Positions 1 to 8,388 of a DNA stretch of 64,000 nucleotides are shown piece after piece. Each line of letters begins with the position of its first letter. The first letter of the stretch is position 1. The notes beneath the pieces were generated by a model. That model had not been told where the DNA came from. It did not search any database and saw nothing but the letters and a program-made list of their open reading frames with translations. Source of the DNA: a virus (taxonomy: Duplodnaviria > Caudoviricetes); IMG/VR virus record IMGVR_UViG_2933279956_000001, positions 39,805 to 103,804 of that record; one strand, 5' to 3'. The position numbers and the translations under genes were made by a program.

Positions 1-29
1 CATGCTGACGAGCCCGGCCGACCTGCTGG

Positions 30-665
30 TCAGCGTCCATCCCCATCCTCCTCCGGCTCCTTGGTCACGTCGCGGACCAGGTGTGTGAGGACGACACCGC
101 GATGCCACACCTGTGCTGCCTCGAACACGACATCGCGACGCTGAAGGTACAGGGCCGCGATCGTCTCGGCGTCCGCCCGGTTCGGCGCCCAGCACACCAT
201 CGACCAGTCCCGGCCAGCGGGCGTCTGGCCCAGGACTGCGACCTCGTACTGGTTCCACGGCTCCACCGGGGCCCGCCGCGGCGCATGCAGTGGCGTGTCC
301 TCCACGACGTCGATCCGCGGGTTCAGCTTCTCGTCCAGCAGGTAGGCGGCGGCCTCCTCCAGCGTGTCCGCGACCGCGATGTGCGGCGCAAGCGCGGCGT
401 CCAGGCGGTCGCTGGTGCTGGCCAGCGCCCGGAACCGCATCCCTTCCGGACCTCGGCCGACCACGCGGCCGCCGACCGGCCGCTCCTCGCGGCGGACCCG
501 CCACACGCCGTCGCCGACCTCGATGAGGGCGCCGGGATGATCGAGGAGCCACAGCACCGCAGCGGCGTACGTCAGCGGCTTGTCGCCCAGGCCGACGTCG
601 TCGAGGAGCTTGCGCAGCACCGGGTCGCTCGCGGCGCGGCGCTCCAGTTCGGCGCGGTCGTTCAT
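30..665 (-). CDS. hypothetical protein
   Basis: Natural-looking part of ORF 30..944 from MNDRAELE; ATG overlaps the stop of the upstream gene. Confidence 0.55.
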   Translation of the reverse strand: MNDRAELERRAASDPVLRKLLDDVGLGDKPLTYAAAVLWLLDHPGALIEVGDGVWRVRREERPVGGRVVGRGPEGMRFRALASTSDRLDAALAPHIAVADTLEEAAAYLLDEKLNPRIDVVEDTPLHAPRRAPVEPWNQYEVAVLGQTPAGRDWSMVCWAPNRADAETIAALYLQRRDVVFEAAQVWHRGVVLTHLVRDVTKEPEEDGDGR

Positions 666-988
666 GACCGTCGCCGTGGCCTGTCCGGGCGCACCAGCAG
701 CTGGGTTTCGGACGGCCAGTGGCAGTTGAGCGTGAACAGCGAACTCGTCTCCAGGCCGTACCCGTCGCCCCAGTCGACATACCCGGGTCCGGCCTCGGTG
801 ATGATCTGCTCGTCGGCGACGTCGTCCTTGTCGGTGGCGACGGTCACGAGGATGGGCGCGTCGTCGTCCAGGTGGGCGATCGCGGCACGCAGCTGGCCTG
901 CCGTCCACGCTGGGCGGCCTTTCATGTCGGTGATGGTGTTCCACGGCACCACCGTGGTGTGGGCGTAGTCGTGCTGCTGTTCGGTCAT
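662..988 (-). CDS. small actinobacterial protein (DUF6225-like)
   Basis: WTAGQLRAAIAHLDDDAPILV...QIITEAG motif; GGAG RBS before ATG 988. Confidence 0.55.
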   Translation of the reverse strand: MTEQQHDYAHTTVVPWNTITDMKGRPAWTAGQLRAAIAHLDDDAPILVTVATDKDDVADEQIITEAGPGYVDWGDGYGLETSSLFTLNCHWPSETQLLVRPDRPRRRS

Positions 989-1091
989 GGCTCCTCGTCT
1001 TTCTCGGCTTCGGGTATCAGGGGCGTGTTCAGCTTGCCTCGTGCGGGCCGGGTTCGTCCCCCGTTTCGGGCGCGAACCCTGTGCAGGGGTA

Positions 1092-2057
1092 CTACTCGAT
1101 CGCGGCGGCCACGAGCGTGGACGGGTCATCTTCCAGCCGGTTGCGGGTCTCCAGGTAGATGTCCGTGGTGGAGGAGTTCGCGTGGCCGAGCGCGGCCTGG
1201 ATCTGCTTCACGCTGGCGCCCATCTCCTCGGCGATCGACGCGAACGTGTGCCTCAGCTGGTGCGGGTGCAGGCCGGGTAGGCCGGCGGCGCGGCCGACGC
1301 GGGCGACAAGGTCGTAGACGTCCTTGCGGTTGAGGCGTCCGCCGGTCGAGGTGGCCAGCAGCGGCCCGTCGAGCTGGTCGACGCGGACGCCCGCGTTCTC
1401 GGCGCGGTCGGCCAGGTAGACGTCGAGGGCGTGCGCGGCCGCCGCGGGGATCGGCCGGGTCTGCGGCTTGGCGCCCTTGGTGACGATCCGCAGGGTGCGG
1501 TAGCCGCGCTCCGTACCGAGGTCGCCGACGTCGGCGGCAGTCAGCTCGGTGACGCGGACGCCGGTCTCCAGGAGGAGCCGGATGATCGCCGCGGTGCGCA
1601 GCCGCTGGCGTCCTTCGTCGGCGTCGGCGGAGGCCTTCACCGTCTTCGCCTCGACCCGGGTGAGGGCGACCGTTTCGGAGTGGCGGCGGTTCACCCGCGG
1701 GCGACGCACCCGCGCGAACGCGTTGCCGTCGACGGCGTCCTCGTCGGCGAGGTAGTCGTACCACGACGACACCGCGGACAGGCGGCGGGACATCGTCTTG
1801 GCGGGGATCGGGGCACCGGCTTGGAGTTCGAGCCAGCGTTTGTAGACGTCGCCGTGCTTGCGGCTCGCGGCCAGCGGGTCGAGGTCATGTTCGGCGCAGA
1901 AGGTGAACCAGCGCTGGATGTCGCGGCGGTAGGCGTCGCGGGTGTTGGCCGAGTCGTAGCTGAGCAGCCAGGCCACAGTGAGGTCGCGGGCTTCGCCGGT
2001 CAGGCCGGGCGGGAGGGCGAGGGTTCCGACGCTGGCGGGAACGAGGCCGGCGCTCAC
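1092..2057 (-). CDS. tyrosine recombinase (XerC/D-like, SAM + catalytic domains)
   Basis: SANTRDAYRRDI N-domain; catalytic R (TGVRVTEL), K (TKG), HxLRH, LGH, Y (TTDIY). Confidence 0.93.
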   Translation of the reverse strand: MSAGLVPASVGTLALPPGLTGEARDLTVAWLLSYDSANTRDAYRRDIQRWFTFCAEHDLDPLAASRKHGDVYKRWLELQAGAPIPAKTMSRRLSAVSSWYDYLADEDAVDGNAFARVRRPRVNRRHSETVALTRVEAKTVKASADADEGRQRLRTAAIIRLLLETGVRVTELTAADVGDLGTERGYRTLRIVTKGAKPQTRPIPAAAAHALDVYLADRAENAGVRVDQLDGPLLATSTGGRLNRKDVYDLVARVGRAAGLPGLHPHQLRHTFASIAEEMGASVKQIQAALGHANSSTTDIYLETRNRLEDDPSTLVAAAIE

Positions 2058-2431
2058 GCGCCCAGCCTGTCGAGGAACACCTCGCAGTAGATCAGCTCGA
2101 TGGCGCGCCAGATGACGTCGTCGTCGTAGCCGGCGCGGGCCCACTCCTGCAGGAGGCCGTAGGCGAGTTCGCCGTCGCCGTTGAAGTAGCAGCCGCCGGT
2201 CACGTATGCGCACGCCGGGTCGTGATGGTCGGCGTCGTCGCGCGAGTGAGGCGCGTGGATGCCGAGGATCGTCGGCTGCCAGCCGCCGGGAAAGGAGTCC
2301 AGGCCGGGGTCGGGGTCCATGCGGTGCAAGGAGAGCTGGACGGCGCCGAGGTCTCCCTGGGCGATCCAGCTGCGTCCGCCGGGGATCGGGTTGTCGGTGT
2401 GGGTGTGGGTGATGCGGTGCAGGTCGGTCAT
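2054..2431 (-). CDS. hypothetical phage-type protein
   Basis: Natural composition, coupled to the recombinase start. Confidence 0.6.
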   Translation of the reverse strand: MTDLHRITHTHTDNPIPGGRSWIAQGDLGAVQLSLHRMDPDPGLDSFPGGWQPTILGIHAPHSRDDADHHDPACAYVTGGCYFNGDGELAYGLLQEWARAGYDDDVIWRAIELIYCEVFLDRLGA

Positions 2432-2758
2432 GAGGTTCGCCTTCGTCTCGGGTAGTGAGCTGTGCTCATGTTCCTCGCGAGGTGGGGTTCTCCCGCGACA
2501 CCCCCGACCTTACACCCCCATAACGAGAATTATGAGGGTGTAGAAACGATCATGGAAACTCCCCTCGGACAGCCACCCGAATATGGAAAACTGGCTTGAT
2601 CGTCGCTCCGCTGAGATCGCTCCCGACTCAGCGCACCACTACGAGCCCCATACAGCAGCACCACCACGGACATCGTGTTCTGGCGTGGAAATCCCGTTCC
2701 ACGCCACGGGAGCACACCGACGACCGAGGTGGACACCCGCTGCTGGCATGGAGACGCA

Positions 2759-2962
2759 GTGGACCTGGCCGCCACCCGCCAGCTCGTCGAACAACTCACC
2801 CTTACCGCCATCGCGGTCATCGGCGCTCTCGGCGCCATCGGCACCACCGCATTCCTCACCGCCGCCGGCCTCCGCGCCCTCTGGCGCCACCTCTTCCCCA
2901 AGCGGCAGAAGCCCGAACCGCCTGACCACCACACACCACAGGCCGACGTCATCGGCGATTAG
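2759..2962 (+). CDS. small membrane protein
   Basis: GGAG RBS then GTG; hydrophobic LTLTAIAVIGALGAIGTTAFL segment with basic tail. Confidence 0.5.
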   Translation: MDLAATRQLVEQLTLTAIAVIGALGAIGTTAFLTAAGLRALWRHLFPKRQKPEPPDHHTPQADVIGD

Positions 2963-3115
2963 CACTTTGGCAACCATCACCAACCGCACCCCGCACGTTA
3001 GCAAGGCAGGGAATCTCTACCGTTTCGACCGAAAACTCTGAAACCTTGTCACATAGTCGCGCCCCACCTCCGACATGTGAAACACATGCCACCACCCATC
3101 GAACCCATGCCATCC

Positions 3116-3250
3116 ATGGAACCCAAGCGCAAGAAGCTGCGCGACACCCTCGACAAGATCACCCTCACCGCCATGCAGGTCGCCGGACTCATCACCCTGG
3201 CGATCTTCCTCATCTGGAGCATCCTGCAGCTGATCAACACCCTCTTCTAA
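3116..3250 (+). CDS. 44-aa single-TM peptide (not in ORF track)
   Basis: Hand translation MEPKRKKLRDTLDKITLTAMQVAGLITLAIFLIWSILQLINTLF*; high GC3. Confidence 0.6.
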   Translation: MEPKRKKLRDTLDKITLTAMQVAGLITLAIFLIWSILQLINTLF

Positions 3251-3456
3251 CCAAGCCGCGGGCGCGCCCCCCGACCACACCGGCGCGCCCGCATCACCCG
3301 CTCCACCACCAACAACCGATCCACCCGCACCACCCGACGACCCGCCCCATCCAACCGCGTCGTCCCCGCCGGAAACCACCCCTCCCCCACCCACCGCCGC
3401 ACCGAACCCACCGACACACCCACCCGACCCGCCGCATCCACCACCGACAACCACAT
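3247..3456 (-). CDS. small HTH DNA-binding protein (excisionase/MerR-like)
   Basis: WLSVVDAAGRVGVSVGSVRRWV HTH pattern. Confidence 0.55.
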   Translation of the reverse strand: MWLSVVDAAGRVGVSVGSVRRWVGEGWFPAGTTRLDGAGRRVVRVDRLLVVERVMRARRCGRGARPRLG

Positions 3457-3597
3457 AACCCCAGCATGACCCCACCAAAACCCAACCCCAAGTGCAGCCG
3501 CCCGGGTGGCCGGCCGCCGGGGGGTGGGGGGTGTTCGCGGGCATGAGAAAGCCGCGCCGACCGGGGAAGTGGTCGGCGCGGCTCGTGTGCTGCGGCG

Positions 3598-3924
3598 TTA
3601 CAGGTCGTGCGCCCACATGACGTCAGCGAGCACGGACAGTTCGGCAGGCGTCGCGTCAGCCCACGTGGTCATGCGCGACAGCGCCAGGTACGCGGTGCCG
3701 ATGACCAGCACGCGCATGCGTCCGGCTTCATCGATCATGTTCACGGCGTGCGAGATCAGCGTCTCCTCCGCGTTGGCGTCCATGACGATGCCCGACCAGG
3801 TCGGCTCAGGGCTGCGCTCCGTGACCAGCCGTCCCATGACGGCCTGCGGGAGACGGTAGTCCTTGACCAGCTTGGACATGATCAACTGGGCGTCGGCGAG
3901 GATCTCGTCCCGAACCAGGGTCAT
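3598..3924 (-). CDS. hypothetical protein
   Basis: AAGGAG RBS, high GC3. Confidence 0.6.
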   Translation of the reverse strand: MTLVRDEILADAQLIMSKLVKDYRLPQAVMGRLVTERSPEPTWSGIVMDANAEETLISHAVNMIDEAGRMRVLVIGTAYLALSRMTTWADATPAELSVLADVMWAHDL

Positions 3925-3984
3925 GGCTACTCCTTCGTGTGAGAGTGCGCCCACCAGCGGGGATGCTGGTGGGCGCGGTTCGGG

Positions 3985-4401
3985 CTAGCGGAGGAAGAAC
4001 GCCGCGTGCGTCGAGACGATCGCCGCGACCATGGGATCGGTGGCGGCGATCATCATGCACGTCAGCAGGGCTTCTGCCTCGCGGCGGGCCGCTACCTCGT
4101 ACGGGCTGAGGCGTCCGGCGCGCATGTTCGCGCGAGACTGCGACAGGTCAGTCAGCTCGTGGAAGGTCCCGTGCACGCGCACGAGGGTGCGTCGGAGGTC
4201 ACCCGGCATGGACGCGTCGTCCGCGAGGTGGCGGACGACGGTTGCGCACGTCTCGGGGTTGTCCTCGATGACGACGTACCCGAACGGGCCAGTGTGCAGC
4301 GCCGTGGTGACGGTGATCCCGAGACTGACCAGCACGGCCGCGTGTGCGCTCGCGCCCAGCTTGATCATGTCGTCCACGGTGACGCCCACGTTGATGATCA
4401 T
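3985..4401 (-). CDS. hypothetical protein
   Basis: AAAGGAAAG RBS, high GC3. Confidence 0.6.
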   Translation of the reverse strand: MIINVGVTVDDMIKLGASAHAAVLVSLGITVTTALHTGPFGYVVIEDNPETCATVVRHLADDASMPGDLRRTLVRVHGTFHELTDLSQSRANMRAGRLSPYEVAARREAEALLTCMMIAATDPMVAAIVSTHAAFFLR

Positions 4402-4469
4402 GACTTTCCTTTCGTGATCTTGGTTCGGGTGGGAGGGGGCGCGCTGGGTATGCGCGCCCCCGTGTGGTG

Positions 4470-5015
4470 CTACTTCGTGGCTCTGGCCGTCTTCGGCGCA
4501 GGCTTCGGCGTGACGGTCACGGGCTTGCCGTCGTCCTCGTCGCCCACGGCGACAGTGAGGGCATCTAGCGACGCCTGGAGGTCCGCGTTCTCGGCTTCCA
4601 GCGCTGCGACACGAAGCCGCAGGGTGGCCATCTCCTCAGTGCGTCGCATCTCTGCCCGCAGGGTGACCAGGTCGCCGCTCTTGAGCGCGGGCAACTGGGC
4701 CAACGGGCTGTCAGCGTCGGCGTGGAGCGCGTGCATGCCGATGACGTGCCGGAACGCGACGGTCTTGCCCTCGCGCGTGGTCATGACGTCTTCGATGCCG
4801 CTGTCTTCGGGCAGCTCGATCAGGTCGTTGGTGTAGGTGGCCTGCCCCTTGCCGAGCTTGAAGTCGCCCGACAGGACGTAGGTGGCGATGGTGGGGATGC
4901 CGACGTGCCGAACCTCGCGGTCCCACGTGCCGCCGCTGTTCGCTAGGCGGGTGTCGCCTTCTACGGTGGCGATGATCTTGTCCAGAATCTCAGTCGGCGT
5001 GAGCTTGATTTCCAT
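4470..5015 (-). CDS. hypothetical protein with C-terminal coiled coil
   Basis: GAAGGAAG RBS, heptad segment LRLRVAALEAENADLQASL. Confidence 0.65.
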   Translation of the reverse strand: MEIKLTPTEILDKIIATVEGDTRLANSGGTWDREVRHVGIPTIATYVLSGDFKLGKGQATYTNDLIELPEDSGIEDVMTTREGKTVAFRHVIGMHALHADADSPLAQLPALKSGDLVTLRAEMRRTEEMATLRLRVAALEAENADLQASLDALTVAVGDEDDGKPVTVTPKPAPKTARATK

Positions 5016-5081
5016 GATCTTCCTTCGGCTTCAGGTGGTGGGGTGCCCGCCCCCGGCACCTGGGGGCGGGCGGTTGATGGG

Positions 5082-5870
5082 TTAGTGATCTTCGTGGTTC
5101 AGGGCTTGGTGCCCTGCCACGTGGGGACCGCCTTGCACGTCAAGGACGGTCGTGGTCGCGTCGTCCGGGGCGCTCTGCGGCGCGTCATCTTGGATGCGGT
5201 TCCGCTTCCGAGATGCGCGACGTTCCGCGCGCTGGGCGCGCTTGGTGGCCTGTTGACGACGCTTGCGCCACCAGAGCCAGCCTGCGATTCCGCCACCGAC
5301 CAGGGCAGCACCGAGGAGCGTGAGCCCCACGGTTGTGCCGTCACCCGACACGGGCCGGTAGGCCGTGACCACGGGCGGAACGGTCGGGGTCGTGGTCGGT
5401 GACGCGATCACCGGAAGATTCACGGTCGATGCGGCGCGAGGTTCGTCCGGCATCGGGACCGTGGGCGCGGTGATGGGTGCGACGACCGGCGCAGCCTGCG
5501 GGGTTGCCGTGGCTGTGACCGTGGCCGTGAGGGAGACCGTAGGACCGGGGGTGCTGGTCGTGACGGTCGTGGTCGGTCCGGGAGTCGTGACGTGCACGGT
5601 CGGACCGGGGGTGGTGACGGTCACGGTCGGACCGGGGGTACCGGTCGTCGTGGTGGTAACCGTGACGGGAGGTTGGGTAACCACCTGGGTCGTGGTGACC
5701 GTCTCGCGAACGGTCTCCGTGACGGTGGTGGTCGCGGGAGTCGGGACGACAGGTCCCGACGCGTCGGCGATGCCGACGCCTGAGAGCGTGATGACTGCCC
5801 AGGTGATCGCGAGACATGCGCCGAGCGACAGCGCTGTCCGGGCGATGCTGGACCGGTTGATGAGTGTCAC
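5082..5870 (-). CDS. secreted Thr/Pro/Val-rich surface protein with sortase-like C-terminal anchor
   Basis: Signal peptide, repeated TPGPT units, RPVSG + hydrophobic helix + WRKRR tail. Confidence 0.7.
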   Translation of the reverse strand: MTLINRSSIARTALSLGACLAITWAVITLSGVGIADASGPVVPTPATTTVTETVRETVTTTQVVTQPPVTVTTTTTGTPGPTVTVTTPGPTVHVTTPGPTTTVTTSTPGPTVSLTATVTATATPQAAPVVAPITAPTVPMPDEPRAASTVNLPVIASPTTTPTVPPVVTAYRPVSGDGTTVGLTLLGAALVGGGIAGWLWWRKRRQQATKRAQRAERRASRKRNRIQDDAPQSAPDDATTTVLDVQGGPHVAGHQALNHEDH

Positions 5871-6219
5871 GTCCGGTTATCGAGGTTCAGCGCGAAAGCG
5901 TTACGACCTTTGTTAGTCACGGATTTATAACGCCTATTTCCGCAGGTCAGAGCGCTACTTCGTGCGAAATCGCATCGAAGCAGCGAATTAGTTGCTTCAA
6001 CAACTACCGGTGGTCGTCGTGCATAGTCAGTCCCCCGCCCTCGTCTCGTCCTTCGTTCGCCTCTCTTCTCTTCCCTTTGTTGATCTTCGGTGCTCGAAAT
6101 TGGAAGCGCTGTGGTGGTCGCTGGGACGCGTTTGCGGTCGGGTTGGTCTCTCTATACCGGAGACCCCCGTTTCTGGTCTCAGCGTTGCGCTGGGGACCGT
6201 CCACGGGGGTCTGGTGGTT

Positions 6220-6244
6220 CTTTCTCGGTTGCGGTTTCGCTGTC
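6220..6244. repeat. 25-bp direct repeat copy 1 (CTTTCTCGGTTGCGGTTTCGCTGTC)
   Basis: Identical to 7126..7150. Confidence 0.85.
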
Positions 6245-6280
6245 GAGTTCTCCATATTCGGATGTTTGGGTGTAAATCGG

Positions 6281-6508
6281 TCATCGAGGTGGGGTGTCGT
6301 GCTGGTAGCAGTAGGGGGCCTCGCTGTCCCACGGCGACACCCAGATGCACGCGCTGTCGTGTGCGGGCTCGGCGGGTGTCCAGGTGTGCCGGTAGTCGGG
6401 GTGGGTGCGGTGGATGGCGGCGAGGGCCTGGAGGTGTTGGTCGTCGGCTGCGGCGAGTTCTTCGTCGAGGCGGGCGCGGAGGAAGGCGATGATGTCGTCG
6501 CGGTTCAT
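6281..6508 (-). CDS. short DUF6221-like protein
   Basis: IIAFLRARLDEE...LAAIHRTHPDYRHTW motifs. Confidence 0.5.
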   Translation of the reverse strand: MNRDDIIAFLRARLDEELAAADDQHLQALAAIHRTHPDYRHTWTPAEPAHDSACIWVSPWDSEAPYCYQHDTPPR

Positions 6509-6886
6509 CGGCGGCGCTGGTGGTAGCGGCTCTTCACGGCTCGGGCGCGGGGCCAGGCGTTGACGCGGAGGCGCTGGAGGAGGTGGACGGCGGCTCGCCA
6601 CTGCTGGTCGGTGAAGGCGTGCATCTCGTCAACGAAGGTGAAGGTGGGGGTGACGCCGCGGAAGGGGCCGACGGGTTCGCGCTCGTGGGTCATCGCTGCT
6701 TGTCCAGGTCTTCGTCCAGCGGCCAGTCGAGCTGGTGATAGCCGAGGGCGTAGGCCCTGCAGGTGCAGCAGCTGCGGCCGTGGGTGTGGTCGGGGTATGC
6801 GGCGAGGTGCTCGCGGATGCCGTTGCGCCAGGGGCGGGGGCCGGTTTCGGCGGCGGCGAGGAGCTCGACAACGTCGGGGTGTTCGG

Positions 6887-7114
6887 TCACTCGGGGTCCT
6901 TCTGGTGGGCGGCGTGGTCGCGGGCGGCGCGGCCGGCGCCGAGGAGGGGGTGGTACGGCGTGAGCGGGGGTTTCCAGCCGTTCTGGTTGAGCCAGTCGGC
7001 GATGGCGGTGACGTCTCTGTCGAGGAGGGCGGTCTGGATGTGGGGGGCGAGGATGGCGCGTACGGCGGCGCGCATGTCGGCCCATCGCGCTTCGATGTCG
7101 GGGTCGGCGGCCAT
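6887..7114 (-). CDS. hypothetical protein
   Basis: AAAGGAG RBS before MAADPDIEARW. Confidence 0.5.
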   Translation of the reverse strand: MAADPDIEARWADMRAAVRAILAPHIQTALLDRDVTAIADWLNQNGWKPPLTPYHPLLGAGRAARDHAAHQKDPE

Positions 7115-7125
7115 GGCCGGGGCTC

Positions 7126-7150
7126 CTTTCTCGGTTGCGGTTTCGCTGTC
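7126..7150. repeat. 25-bp direct repeat copy 2
   Basis: Identical to 6220..6244; runs into the RBS of the minus-strand gene. Confidence 0.85.
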
Positions 7151-7230
7151 ATCTCGTGTGCGTGTTCGGACGGGTTCGCGGGGGTCCTTCCAGTTGTAGG
7201 TGTGCGGGACGTCAGCCGGAGTTGGACACA

Positions 7231-7406
7231 GTAAAGGGAAAGGTTTTAAGGGATAGGGGTTACGGTCACAGCGTGGCCTAACTGGCTGTTTGGTTACGGT
7301 CACAGCGTGACCTACGGGCCACGCTGTGACCGTAACCTAAGTCAAGATCATTCCAGTGTTGTCCACAGGGTTGTCCACAGCGTTAGGGTGCGGTCGCAGC
7401 GTGGCC
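7231..7406. other. putative replication origin: four 21-bp iterons, two DnaA boxes, purine/AT-rich tract
   Basis: GGTTACGGTCACAGCGTGGCC at 7258-7278, 7292-7312 (1 mismatch), 7317-7337 (inverted), 7386-7406 (3 mismatches); TTGTCCACA at 7359-7367 and 7371-7379. Confidence 0.7.
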
Positions 7407-7784
7407 TTTCCCGGGTGGCAGCCTCACCGACGCGGGCAACTCGGGCACCCGGTAGTCGACGGCATGCCCCCTTCGGGCGAACACCGGTCGGCCACGCCGG
7501 TCCTCCCCCACGGCGACGCGGACCTCGAGGCCGCGGCGCGCGAGCCGCTGCAGAACGTCGGACAGGCCCCGCTCCCCCAGCCCGGCGCGCGCCTGCAACG
7601 TCTCCGTCAACGTGATCTTGCTGCCGTCGTCGCGCCGGTCTCCGCGATGCCACAACATGCGGCGCGTCACCTTGTGCGAGCGCTCCGCGATCAGCATCAG
7701 CACCAGCCGCTCGGCCCCCGTCAACGGATTCGCCGCCGGTGACTCCAGCCACGCCGCGACCTCGCCCACCAGGCTTTCGGCCAC
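7383..7784 (-). CDS. putative phage-type replication initiator / wHTH protein
   Basis: LTGAERLVLMLIAE...LQARAGLGERGLSDVLQRLARRGL resembles replisome-organizer N-domains; abuts the iterons. Confidence 0.55.
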   Translation of the reverse strand: MAESLVGEVAAWLESPAANPLTGAERLVLMLIAERSHKVTRRMLWHRGDRRDDGSKITLTETLQARAGLGERGLSDVLQRLARRGLEVRVAVGEDRRGRPVFARRGHAVDYRVPELPASVRLPPGKGHAATAP

Positions 7785-7849
7785 CCAACCCCCTCACACA
7801 CCTGCGACGCCCTGAGGGATGGGCAACCTGCTGATCACCGTACGACGCC

Positions 7850-8116
7850 TCACCAACCACGCACGACCACCGTCTCCCCGGTCTCGGTGACCTCGGCCAG
7901 CAGCGACACCTCACACTCGTGGCCCACGTCGAAACACGCCGAGCAGATGATGTGCCCCGCAGCCAGGACCGCGGCGCAACCCTGGCAGTAGACCGACGTC
8001 TCGATGTGCTCATGCACGCAGCCGGTCTTCGCGCACAACACCGCGGCGGCGCCGCACTCCGTCACGCTGTCCCAGAGCCGCACCGTGCACACCGCCGCGA
8101 GCTCGGCGCCCGTCAT
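7850..8116 (-). CDS. small Cys-rich protein
   Basis: Multiple CxxC pairs; coupled starts and stops. Confidence 0.55.
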   Translation of the reverse strand: MTGAELAAVCTVRLWDSVTECGAAAVLCAKTGCVHEHIETSVYCQGCAAVLAAGHIICSACFDVGHECEVSLLAEVTETGETVVVRGW

Positions 8117-8388
8117 GACCCGCCCTTGGCGAGTCCTCCATCGGGCTCCCCGACCGGCCGCAGCGGCTGATACCCCTCATGCCAGCCGCAGTAGCAGCGC
8201 AGCGGGGCGCAATACGCCCCCTCACCCGGCTCCGGAAGGCCGGCCAACGCCGCCGGCGTGTGCTCCTCACAGCGTGGCCCCTGAATGTACAAACGGGCCG
8301 GGCTGCGACCGCAGTACCCGTCCCCGGCACCCCGCCAATATCGGCACCCGGCATCCCTTTCGACAGCGGTTTCGCTTTCAACAATCAC
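8113..8388 (-). CDS. small Cys-rich phage protein
   Basis: ARLYIQGPRCEEHTPAALAG motif, coupled to neighbours. Confidence 0.55.
   Translation of the reverse strand: MIVESETAVERDAGCRYWRGAGDGYCGRSPARLYIQGPRCEEHTPAALAGLPEPGEGAYCAPLRCYCGWHEGYQPLRPVGEPDGGLAKGGS

Noticed and set aside
1092-2530. att or dif-like site for the tyrosine recombinase
   Set aside because: No convincing repeat pair or tRNA fragment could be identified by eye
5480-5740. GGTCGGACCGGGGGT-type repeats
   Set aside because: They encode the TPGPT repeats of the surface protein
6505-6693. Terminase or helicase from the FVDEMH Walker-B-like motif
   Set aside because: The ORF is only about 62 aa, with no Walker A or other motifs
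7258-7406. Mini-CRISPR from the 21-bp repeats
   Set aside because: Irregular short spacing, one inverted copy and adjacent DnaA boxes fit iterons better
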